From Ginkgo biloba (Eukaryota > Plantae > Ginkgophyta), in NCBI GenBank assembly GCA_024626585.2, contig JANKJI020000001.1:12591747-12619134 (forward strand): a stretch of 27,388 nt of DNA, given 5' to 3'. Of the stretch, positions 1-10,242 are shown one piece after another. A program made the position numbers and the translations under genes. The first letter of the stretch is position 1, and each line of letters begins with the position of its first letter. The notes beneath the pieces were generated by a model, which searched no databases, was not told the DNA's origin, and saw nothing but the letters and a program-made list of their open reading frames with translations.

Positions 1-1246
1 TTTAATAATTAGGAATATTAATTTAGGTGAAGGGTCACATAATGAAAATGTTTCTCCATAAAGCGCTTGTTGACTCTTCGTAATCTATATATAGGCCCTT
101 TTGACCCCTTTGTAATCTCATTTCATCTCATTAATTTATTACCTCTTTACTTTTTCTCTCTTTTTGAAAAGACCCTTTCTACTTTGTGTAGTAGGTGCTT
201 CCAATTTAGATGGTNNNNNNNNNNNNNNNNNNNNNNNNNNNNNNNNNNNNNNNNNNNNNNNNNNNNNNNNNNNNNNNNNNNNNNNNNNNNNNNNNTGTGA
301 ATTTGTTAAAATATCTATATTATTTAGTAGTTTCTCATTTGGGTCACTACATTGATTCCCTAAGGATGGATATTTGTTGCTTCAAAGTGGTGTCCGTTGC
401 ATAGCTGGTGAGGAGGAATAGAAATGTCCATCAAACACTAACCATTAAACATCAATTTTTAACCAATCTCTATCACGATTGCTATCACCACTCATGATTG
501 GGAGATTCCATGTTTAGTCTAGGTTGATAATAATACGAGATTTTAAACTACAATTCCCGAGTAACGAATGTAGACTAACATTAAGACTTTGGCGATGGTA
601 TTCCCAACAAGAGAGGAACCACATATATACACAAGATCAACAACAACAATACGTATTATTGATCACTTAGTGAATATGTGAATACTTAGGGGATCATGAA
701 ATAATCTAGATAAGTCTATGCACAATGGTGATCATACCACAAAATACTAGTGGGCTCTTCCTAGTGGGAGGGAAACCCTTCGTACATGGTGGTGAGTGGT
801 CGTTGGTGATGCTCGACATATTCAATTAGCCATGGTGACTCCCAGAACCTAAATATAAGATTAAGAGTAATTGTGATGTGCCACTCATATCATTGGGCAA
901 CTCCTTGGCGATTTTAGGCAAGACTTGGACATTGCCCATGTGCCCCTCGCTAGTCATTGAGTGATGATTGACCAACTCCTTCGCGTTCCTAGTTCATGGC
1001 CACAATTGCTCCCATGCTTATACAAAATGTACAATGCTAACCATGTGAAAATGATTGCTAACAACTTTGAGTGAAACAATTAGGATGTTAAGAATAATAA
1101 CAATAACAACAACATGATAATAATAATAATAATAGATAACAAAATAATGCTAATATTTATGAAAGTTTGTAAGCTTCTATAGAAAGGCATGATTAAGGGT
1201 ATAAATATACCTCAAGATACCATTGTAAGACATCATTGATTATTAG

Positions 1247-1498
1247 TTTGTAAATAGTCTTTAGGCTTTTGGACACTTAAAATGTCTTTTTTAGAGAGCA
1301 CCCTTCTCAAATAAATTGTGCACAAAATGAGCCTTGGCCTTGTAACACTTTCCAAAATTATTTTAGGTTTGGTTTTCTTTTATAAATAGTATTTGGACCT
1401 TTGGACACTTCAATGTCTTTTTAGGGATTATCCTTCTCATATAAATTGCGCATAGAACAAGCCTTGGCTTTTAACACGTTCCCAAACCATTGCAGAAT
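1247..1498 (+). repeat. ~131-bp diverged tandem duplication
   Basis: TAAATAGT..TTTGGACACTT..AATGTCTTTTT..CCTTCTCA.ATAAATTG..AGCCTTGGC occurs twice. Confidence 0.8.
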
Positions 1499-1528
1499 TT
1501 TTTTCCCATGGAATTTATGTTCCCCAAT

Positions 1529-1549
1529 TCTCTCTCTCTCTCTCTCTCT
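1529..1549 (+). repeat. (TC)n microsatellite
   Basis: Direct reading. Confidence 0.9.
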
Positions 1550-1970
1550 TCTCTTTTTTATGACCATGTGCTTGTTAAATTGTCTTTTCCCTTCTTTCCA
1601 ATTCTCATCATCATAGGTATGATTTGGAGAAAATACTATTTTTTTCTACTTCCGCTTTATTTTTTAGCATGGGTAGAAACTATTGTTGATGTGTTGCGTG
1701 ATAAGTGCACACTTGATTATTCTAGTTGATGTCTTTTTGTAGTTAATCTCTTAATCATTTTTTCTTTTCTGTTGTAGAAAGCAAGAAGCATATTACTCCA
1801 TCTTATTATTCTGAATTAAATTGACTTTTATCTAATCAATATACACGCATATGTGGGTGTGGTCATGACGTCGAAATTTGGAGCTTCGATTTGGGTATTT
1901 GAAAACAACTAAGCGTGTTGTCTATTTCTATCTGATATCTATTCTTGGTATGTTGAAATATGGAGCTCAG

Positions 1971-2145
1971 ATTCAAAGCTTTCTACACAAGTTATGCAAG
2001 ATGGGACTCGAGGGAATGCTAATGAAGGGTCATCTTGCTCAAACAAGGAAACTTTAATAAAAACACAGAGCCACAAGTCAAACCAACTGCACTCAACCTC
2101 ATGTGAAGAAAAACAAATCAGGAGCACTAAGGAAGCTATAGTCAG
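1971..2145 (+). CDS. TPX2: TPX2 exon A (..SKLSTQVMQDGTRGNANEGSSCSNKETLIKTQSHKSNQLHSTSCEEKQIRSTKEAIVR); 5' boundary uncertain
   Basis: Open frame, donor CAG|GTGAC at 2146 (phase 2). The 3' boundary is confirmed by the spliced copy at 9119-9352. Acceptor CTCAG at 1970 is weak. Confidence 0.75.
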
Positions 2146-2338
2146 GTGACATTTAACCTTATTCTAATAAAACTATTGAATGAAAGTAGGTGCCTTGGTT
2201 AGCATATGAGAAAAGTAAAACAAATGTTTCAAGAACTAAAGCCATGGAATGCTAATAAGGGATGTTCGATTCTATGTTATTTTGATTTTAATGAACATAA
2301 AGAGTATTTTATTCTTAATGACATTGTTGTATGCTCAG

Positions 2339-2435
2339 GTGCGTTCAGGATAGAACAACAAAAGAGAGATTTGTTGAAAATAATGTTGTCCAAGCAACAA
2401 AACGACGAAAGCTTGAAGGAGGCCGACTGTGTCAG
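2339..2435 (+). CDS. TPX2: TPX2 exon B (CVQDRTTKERFVENNVVQATKRRKLEGGRLCQ), NLS-like KRRKL
   Basis: CTCAG acceptor ends 2338, GT donor 2436; resembles the TPX2 QAIKRQKL.GG motif; both boundaries match the spliced copy. Confidence 0.9.
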
Positions 2436-2505
2436 GTGGCGTGTGATTAACCCAATTTACTATGTCCTTTTTATTCATTTATTTAGGCCAATAAAATGAG
2501 GGGTT

Positions 2506-2765
2506 TCTTATGTATGCTAATAATCATTACATATTAAAGTAAGAATAAAATTGCAAATGTATATGTATACAAACTGCCTATCATAAAAGTATATGTGTAT
2601 AGACCATCCTCCTTTAGTTTGATTCATCCCCTATTTAGTTGATTCTTATGTATGTTAATAATCATCACATATTATAGTAAGAATAAAATCATAAATGTAA
2701 ATACACACATTGCCCATCATAAAAGTATATGTGCACAAATTCTCCCTCATTTAGTTGATTCATCT
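2506..2765 (+). repeat. ~138-bp diverged tandem duplication in an intron
   Basis: TCTTATGTATG.TAATAATCAT.ACATATTA.AGTAAGAATAAAAT..TCATAAAAGTATATGTG occurs twice. Confidence 0.82.
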
Positions 2766-4975
2766 CTTTCACCCAATAGGGGTGTTACTAAAAGAATTCC
2801 TTGTTTTATATTATTGCTCCTCCATGGCTTGTCCATTCTTGTGGTCCATTATAATGTTGATTCACCATTTTTATCATGTGGACATTTTAGCTAAAGAAGC
2901 TATCATTGGTAGCATGGTTCTTCCTTTGTTTGTTGTGAATGTGTGTGTGTTATCATCTAACATTTCATCCCTACTTTCTCCAATAGACTTTTCTATTGAA
3001 TTAGCATTCATCGTTGCATTAGTGCACTCACTTCGACTTAAAAGGGACAACAAAATGGGGGTCTTTTTCCACTTCGTACATTGATACAAGTATATTTATG
3101 TTGTATTGGAGCAACACTTCGCATGGTTGAGTCACACATCCTCGCCTACTTGTAGGGTGCTTGTACACACTTAAAAACCAAAAACAATGGAAAAGCCTAA
3201 AAAAGACTATACCCTAAAAGTACAAGTTGCATTGAGATAATCATTCTAAAAGATAAAAAGGAGGGTAAAGTTCTGTTATTTCACTCTTTTTTCAAGTTTA
3301 AAGTAACGAATAGTTTGTTTTTCTCNNNNNNNNNNNNNNNNNNNNNNNNNNNNNNNNNNNNNNNNNNNNNGTTCATCACTTTATATGTGTCAACTAAAGG
3401 CATTCCAATGCAAATTGAATGTGTTGGTGAATACTTTGATTTATTGCACCTATTGTTTTTTGAAAATAAATTGAAATATTCCATTAATTAGTGAAAAATA
3501 ACTATATTAGAGAGCTTAAGTGCATACTTTGAGCCATTACATCATTGCCTTATAAACTCTATTACATCAAAATGTAAGCTTAAGCTTGCTTCATTATAGA
3601 AACTCTAGTCCACTCCTTTTAGACCAATGACTACTTATAACTAGCTTGAGAAGGCGATTTATCGCACATATGACTTCAATTCAAAGCTCAGAAGCCTACA
3701 AAAGATGAAAAAGCCAAAAAGGCCCAAAAAACTAACAAAGCCAAAAGAACCATGTTGGTTAGTGAATGCCAAAAGCGATGAGTTCAATTATTTGAAAGAG
3801 TGCAAAAAGCTATAGAAGTCAAAGAGGGCCATGGAAAAATGAATTTGAAGGCTTGAAAATGAATGGGACTTGTGTGCTATCAATATGACAAATACACTGG
3901 GAAAAGCAAACCTTTTCAAAATTTAAAGCAAAATAAGTAATAAAATAAAAGTGGACCCCATGTGGAACCTCACTTTCTTCTTTCCCTTGAGACAAAGAAC
4001 TATGTTACTAAATGATGGTTCCTTTTATTTTGTGAAAACATAGATAGGGTAGGATTGGGAGACCCCAATACATATTTTCAATTTGTTAGAATAGTTCCTT
4101 TTTCTTGTGAAAATTGTTGTCCACACAGAAGTAGAATTGGCCATTGCCTATACTTTTTGTCTAAGTATGGTCATTTGTGCCAATGATGGTTGTTGTTTGT
4201 AATCTATGCGCTTAATGACTACTGGCCTGTCTTGAAGTTGATCGTCTGTGTGTCCTTTATATTGTTTGTACACTCTTTTCCATACAAGTTTTTTGTACAT
4301 GTCCTAGTGTGACTATCATTCGTAGTTGTCAAATAATTCTTGTTGTCCTTACCTTTGGCCCTATTTATGCAATCCTTCTCATCAAATCATGGTAGTCCAT
4401 CATGTCATGGTTAGTTATCTTTACATTTGCATGCCCACCCTTCACTAACATTCATGGGGTTAGATGGTCGAGTTCTAACTACTTTGGGTATTTTTTTCTT
4501 TATTATANNNNNNNNNNNNNNNNNNNNNNNNNNNNNNNNNNNNNNNNNNNNNNNNNNNNNNNNNNNNNNNNNNNNNNNNNNNNNNNNNNNNNNNNNNNNN
4601 NNNNNNNNNNNNNNNNNNNNNNNNNNNNNNNNNNNNNNNNNNNNNNNNNNNNNNNNNNNNNNNNNNNNNNNNNNNNNNNNNNNNNNNNNNNNNNNNNNNN
4701 NNNNNNNNNNNNNNNNNNNNNNNNNNNNNNNNNNNNNNNNNNNNNNNNNNNNNNNNNNNNNNNNNNNNNNNNNNNNNNNNNNNNNNNNNNNNNNNNNNNN
4801 NNNNNNNNNNNNNNNNNNNNNNNNNNNNNNNNNNNNNNNNNNNNNNNNNNNNNNNNNNNNNNNNNNNNNNNNNNNNNNNNNNNNNNNNNNNNNNNNNNNN
4901 NNNNNNNNNNNNNNNNNNNNNNNNNNNNNNNNNNNNNNNNNNNNNNNNNNNNNNNNNNNNNNNNNNNNNNNNNNN

Positions 4976-5004
<29 letters not shown>
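4976..5004 (+). repeat. (GA)n microsatellite, truncated by a gap
   Basis: Direct reading. Confidence 0.95.
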
Positions 5005-5008
<4 letters not shown>

Positions 5009-5391
5009 GGTTCCTCTAGATCAGAGAGGAGTTTCACATCGTATTTGGTGGACTTCCTATGTATGCAAGTGGGGTATATGGTTATGATGGCACATCCAAA
5101 TAATTACTTACAAAGGAATGTTGGTGTAGGCCGAAGTGGCTCATTGTGTGACAATCTAATTGTTGGGGAGGATCCCTAAAATCTTAGATCAAATGGTGAA
5201 CAATTATGATCTGAGGTAACATGGATCAATGAGTTTCATGCTTGAAGACTTTCATTAGCTATTGGCACTTTTGAAGATTGGGGAGGAGGATGTCAAACCC
5301 AAGACTATTTCTATTAGGGAAGGGGAGAAGGCTTGGATTTAGAAGTTACAAACTATGGATGACATAGATTAAGTAGTGACATGGGAATCAT

Positions 5392-5757
5392 GGGATGAAA
5401 ATATAAAATTTGAGGAGTGAGGAGCAATTAATGATTGCAAGCTTAATGTGTTATAAGTATATAGGGGAACAATGTTGCGGCAACTTACCTATTTGGTTGG
5501 TGGCATACTAGGATGGCGCCAAGAATTGAAAAGTGTACAACTAGTATAGATAACCAAAACACAAGGAGACATGGGGATTATTGGATCAAAATATCAATTC
5601 TAAGGAGTGAGGGATGATTAATGATTGCAATCTTAATGTCTTGTAGGTATGTAGGGGAACAATGTTATGGCAACTTGCCTATTTGGTTGGTGCCATATTT
5701 GGAGGGCCTTGGGGATTGGAAGGTGTACAATTGTTGCAGATAACCAAAACACAAGGA
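5392..5757 (+). repeat. ~190-bp tandem duplication next to the PBS
   Basis: AATGATTGCAA at ~5430 and ~5620; GGGGAACAATGTT and GATAACCAAAACACAAGGA occur in both copies. Confidence 0.88.
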
Positions 5758-5768
5758 CCTTGATACCA
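5758..5768 (-). other. tRNA-iMet primer-binding site of a minus-strand LTR element
   Basis: Minus strand reads ..TCAACA|TGGTATCAAGG: an LTR CA end directly followed by TGGTATCA. Confidence 0.65.
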
Positions 5769-6316
5769 TGTTGACAAAACCCAATTGTGGGTTTAATCTA
5801 TCCCTGTTGAACGGTATAACATTACAATGTAATGTCTTTAATTATTAAGTCACTTCATTAATGTATTGTTTTGTAATGGGAAGTTAGGTATGTGGATGGT
5901 CGTTAGATTGTTCAACCACCTTTGCGACCTATATAAATGTATGTATTGTTGTTGCTCAAGGCAAGGGAGGATAGAGAAGAGAGTGGAGAGTTGTATTGGT
6001 TGTAATGCCTAGGGTATTGCCCCTCATCTTAATAAAGTCCCTTGAATTCTCATATAAATCTGTGTTCCTCTCTTGAATAGCTCTTATCATGTATGTTTGT
6101 CTAACTTGCTTATCGTATACTTGGACAGAATGGCTTTGTGATGATGCTTATCTCANNNNNNNNNNNNNNNNNNNNNNNNNNNNNNNNNNNNNNNNNNNNN
6201 NNNNNNNNNNNNNNNNNNNNNNNNNNNNNNNNNNNNNNNNNNNNNNNNNNNNNNNNNNNNNNNNNNNNNNNNNNNNNNNNNNNNNNGTGATGTATGTATT
6301 ATATTTGACAAACAAC
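5769..6316. mobile_element. LTR-like sequence (possibly a + solo LTR nested in a - LTR end); right boundary approximate
   Basis: TGTTG at 5769 and 5805, TATATAAA 5930-5937, GA-rich tract, AATAAA 6031-6036; interrupted by an N gap. Confidence 0.5.
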
Positions 6317-6837
6317 TAGACTAGAATCACACCCCTATATTTACCTTTTGTGTTGGCCTTAATGAAGGAGATATTGGTAGTTTGGGCATGATGTTTGCGT
6401 AGTGCAACCCTAATATACCGACTCCTATTTAACATATGGTTCCTAGTTCTTCAATGATGCCAATTGTTCTGCCTTGTGGGTTGTTCAATATGAATGTATC
6501 TTCCCCACTCTAGTTATCTGCATATATGTTAATGCAGATCTAATGGTCTCATGTTCCTAGGTCTCCATTCCACACTATGCTAGGGGCTTCAGTTGGCCTG
6601 TCAATGCCATTGCAACAAACGAAACTTTAACCATCCATCACAAACAATTGAGCCAACCAATAGCATATTTCACCAAGTCCTTCCCTCAAAGACAATGGGC
6701 AATGGGTCTTTCTCATTTGTTGATGCCGCTGCACAATTTTCTAGATGAGCTTGGATTAGGAGATTCTATGTCCAATAATAATAACATTGTTCTTACAGCA
6801 ACCAGGGGTTCGAACATTGGACGAATTCTTGGCCAGA

Positions 6838-7395
6838 TTGATCACTATAGTAGACTGAGAGGCGAGTCATTCCTACCAAGATAAGCCAAACGAGATAGTT
6901 TAAGTGATAGAAAAGGACTTGGCGATGCAAACATTGTTCACCACAGCTAAGTGGTGCGGTTGAGAAACGAACACTGCCATCGTCGGACCTAACCAACGAC
7001 ACTGACGGAGAGCTCTTCAACAACATACCTCTNNNNNNNNNNACACCAACTCTCCAACGACAGATCTCTGACGGTGGTTGTCCGATGGTAGCTCTCCGAC
7101 GTCAGTTGATCGACACTCATCACTTGAATATTTTGGATTGATCACTATAGTAGATAGTAGACTGAGAGGCGAGGCATATTCCTACCAAGATAAGGCAAAC
7201 AAGATGGTTTGAGTGACCAAAAAGGACTTGGCAATGCAAACATTGTTCACCATAGCTAAGTGGCGAGGTTGAGAAATGAACACCGACATCGTCGGACCTA
7301 ACCAACGACATCGACAGAGAGCTCTTCGACAACAGACCTCTGACAATATCTCTTTGACACCAACTCTCCAACGACAGATCTCTGACGGTGGTTGT
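6838..7395 (+). repeat. ~300-bp tandem duplication upstream of the gag remnant
   Basis: TTGATCACTATAGTAGA..CTGAGAGGCGAG..CATCGTCGGACCTAACCAACGACA..GACGGTGGTTGT starts at 6838 and 7138; the second copy runs into a gap. Confidence 0.9.
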
Positions 7396-7597
7396 NNNNN
7401 NNNNNNNNNNNNNNNNNNNNNNNNNNNNNNNNNNNNNNNNNNNNNNNNNNNNNNNNNNNNNNNNNNNNNNNNNNNNNNNNNNNNNNNNNNNNNNNNNNNN
7501 NNNNNNNNNNNNNNNNNNNNNNNNNNNNNNNNNNNNNNNNNNNNNNNNNNNNNNNNNNNNNNNNNNNNNNNNNNNNNNNNNNNNNNNNNNNNNNNNN

Positions 7598-9018
7598 TTC
7601 AAATACTAACGGGGGACTATGCAAGAACAACAACCACTTGAACTCCACAAATAACAATGTTCGCAGAAATAAATTTGGTGTAAATTTTAACTCTAGAATC
7701 CATTCTAGGTGGGTAGCACGGGGAGCAACTTCAATGCTTAGTAGAAATTCCAATTCATGTGAAAGTAGATATAGTAATTTTGGAGGCAACTATCATCCCA
7801 ACATGGGAACACTACGAACAATGGTAATTTTAACAATGATTTCAACTAAGGTAGCAATCGATTCATAAATTTCAATATTAGTGGCATTAACAATTTCAAC
7901 GAAGGTGGTTATAATGACAATAATTATAGTGGGGGAAATTCATTTTTGTGCATAAATGAAGGAAACTTCAATGGTGGAAATTTTGATAGCAAGATTTTAG
8001 CGAAGGCGGCCATGGAGCTCATGGGGCAATGGGGATGGAACAATTGTAACTATAAACATAACAAAGGACCCACCCTGATCTATGTGGTCACGAATAATTT
8101 GTTATCCCACCTGATCCATGAAGACTATCACGACTTGTTAGAACATTTGGCCCTATTTCTTATTAACACTTCCTAATGACACATTACTAACGAAGAGGAA
8201 ATGAAAAGAAGATTCTTCTCTACTCTGCATGGGCAAGATATTTCACAGTTCCAATGTGTTGTGTGTCACCACTTGTGATCGATTATTCAAGAGTTGTTTC
8301 TAGACTGCTTCCAAACTTTGCACAACCTTGTTGCAATCTATAAAGCATTAAAATAAATTAAACAATTCTATGGTTAAATAGTGAGAAATTTCAATAGGAT
8401 ACTTTAGGTGTTAGCCTTGACATTAGAAGGACAAAATACGGTTTCACCGATCACAAAGGTGAACTATTTCATTGATGGCCTATTAGCTCCCTCTTAAGAG
8501 AAGATTCAACACCACCCAATACAGATTTATGAGCGGGTCCAACATTTAGCAATGGCCTTTGCTAAACAAATGTGTATGGATGCACTTGCATAACACCGTC
8601 ATGAAAGGCAACCCAAAAACTTTTCGTCGGGTTATGTGCCATGTTTGAACATGAACAAGTTTGCAACAAAATCAAAGGAAAGCAATGAAATTGAGAAGTT
8701 GCAGGGCAAAATCGCTAACTTAAAATTGGAAAAACAGGAGTGTAAACGAGAGAATGTACCGCAAAACAATACGAATAACAACCAAAACAACTATTGACAA
8801 CCAAAAGAATAATGCTAAGCTATGGTGTTTAATTTGTAAGAAGGATACTCACAATACCAAAGATTGTTGTCCCATTTGCACAACTACCAAAACAATCTAA
8901 ACTTAGGATGAGGCAATCAAGGTGGATATTGTAAATTTGCCACAACAGATCTAGAAAGAGAAGAAAAGAGATAGAACAATGGAGGTTTATTGAGTAATAT
9001 CCAAATGATACATACGAA
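7598..9018 (+). mobile_element. gag: Decayed Ty3/gypsy-type gag remnant
   Basis: N/G-rich segment, then EEEMKRRFFSTLHG..IQELFLDCFQ..KVNYFIDGL (retrotransposon gag-like) and a CX2CX4HX4C knuckle CLICKKDTHNTKDC at 8826-8867; many stops. Confidence 0.75.
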
Positions 9019-9118
9019 NNNNNNNNNNNNNNNNNNNNNNNNNNNNNNNNNNNNNNNNNNNNNNNNNNNNNNNNNNNNNNNNNNNNNNNNNNNNNNNNNN
9101 NNNNNNNNNNNNNNNNNN

Positions 9119-9352
9119 CGAGGGAATGCTAATGAAGGGTCATCTTGCTCAAACAAGGAAACTTTAATAAAAATGAAGAACCAAAAGTCAAACCAACTAC
9201 ACTCAACCTCGTGTCGAGTAAAACAAATCAAGAGCACTAAGGAAGTTATAGTCAAGTGCATTTAGGACAAAACAACAAAATAGAGGTTTGATGAGAATAA
9301 TGTTGTCCAAGCAACAAAACAACGAAACCCTAAAGGAGGTTGATTATGCCAG
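9119..9352 (+). pseudogene. TPX2: Processed (intron-less) degenerate copy of TPX2 exons A+B
   Basis: 9119-9255 aligns ungapped to 2009-2145 and 9256-9352 to 2339-2435. The 193-nt intron is precisely absent. 30 mismatches in 234 nt by hand count; in-frame stops TAG 9263, TAG 9281, TGA 9341. Confidence 0.93.
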
Positions 9353-9448
9353 ATATCAAATATAAAAGTATGCCTTTTGCCACACAAAGTGCCATCAAAT
9401 CCTGCGACCACTAAAGATTGTTCAACTGCTAAAAAAGAGAAAAAAATG
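9353..9448 (+). CDS. TPX2: TPX2 exon C (ISNIKVCLLPHKVPSNPATTKDCSTAKKEKKM)
   Basis: Follows ..RLCQ in frame; I.N.K...LPHK motif; preceded by CAG 9350-9352; probable donor G|GTTTTT at 9449. Confidence 0.75.
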
Positions 9449-9541
9449 GTTTTTGCAGAGGAAAGCATTGGTGGGCACAAAAAAATATCTTATTCTAAAG
9501 CCTCTTTTGGGCCTTTGTCACATGATCTTACTCTTCTGCAG

Positions 9542-9640
9542 ATAGAAAGGCTGGCCTCTCCATTTGTCTCTGTTGCTGAAAAGGTTAAAAGATTCCAGAC
9601 AAAAACTCCTGAACGCTTCCACTACCAACCCATATCTTCT
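9542..9640 (+). CDS. TPX2: TPX2 exon D (IERLASPFVSVAEKVKRFQTKTPERFHYQPISS)
   Basis: Acceptor CTCTTCTGCAG ends 9541, donor GTAAGT at 9641; PFVS.AE...KFQ..T motif. Confidence 0.88.
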
Positions 9641-9753
9641 GTAAGTTCACTGTGTGATGTTTGTCCTCTTTTGTATATTATATTTGTTTTTTATTGTAAG
9701 ATCTAGAAGAAGTTGCTGTGTCTCCGATGTGATTGCAAAAGGCTCCGTTTCAG

Positions 9754-9852
9754 GATTGCAGTGTTGCTGCNNNNNNNNNNAAAGCCCAAACCGAAGCTTA
9801 CTAGACCAAAGCCACCTGAACTGGAAACAGCTCAAAGAGTTCGGCCTATACG
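9754..9852 (+). CDS. TPX2: TPX2 exon E (DCSVAA-[N gap]-KPKPKLTRPKPPELETAQRVRPIR)
   Basis: TTTCAG acceptor ends 9753, donor GTACAA 9853 (phase 2); 10-N gap inside; conserved LTRPK.PE..T.QR.RP. Confidence 0.85.
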
Positions 9853-9994
9853 GTACAATTTGATTAGATTATGGTTTCATATTATTATTGTAATTTAATG
9901 TTTTATATGTTGATTTCTTCCTAGTTTAATGTCCAAAGGGATTGATAGCTAAAGTAACCTGCAAGAATTTCATTTAAGGTTTAGATGTCCTCAG

Positions 9995-10073
9995 GGTGAA
10001 GAGCTCAGCCATGATAGAAGAAGAGATGCTGGCAAAGATACCGAAGTTCAAGGCTCTTCCATTGAACAAAAAA
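9995..10073 (+). CDS. TPX2: TPX2 exon F (VKSSAMIEEEMLAKIPKFKALPLNKK)
   Basis: CCTCAG acceptor, GTCAGT donor at 10074; phases match both neighbours; hallmark EEEMLAKIPKFKA.P.NKK. Confidence 0.95.
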
Positions 10074-10179
10074 GTCAGTGTGGAGACAGGCTAGTTTTCT
10101 TTATTGTTAGTTCAGATGTACTTATTGAATCAATACCCTTAGGCTTTTGCCAATTGAATCATGTATACTTTTTGGACAG

Positions 10180-10242
10180 ATACTGGAGGCTCCATCCTTG
10201 CCTTTACTGCAAAAACGTGCTCCTCAGTTACCACAGTTCCAG
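10180..10242 (+). CDS. TPX2: TPX2 exon G (ILEAPSLPLLQKRAPQLPQFQ)
   Basis: GACAG acceptor, GTGAGT donor 10243; 63 nt, phase 0/0. Confidence 0.93.

Noticed and set aside
2755-4130. Possible DNA-transposon remnant in the first large intron
   Set aside because: No convincing TIR pair, TSD or transposase motif found by eye.
4402-5179. Long ORFs (205-250 aa) in the track, and similar X-rich ORFs elsewhere
   Set aside because: Open only because of N runs; no coding evidence.
9771-9780. Apparent frameshift in TPX2 exon E (99 nt where 3n+2 is needed)
   Set aside because: It spans a 10-N gap whose true length is unknown.
9962-9979. CAAGAATTTCATTTAAGG reads QEFHLR, like the start of the missing TPX2 exon
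   Set aside because: Only 6 codons, in the wrong position (before exon F), with no AG acceptor and no continuing similarity; probably chance.
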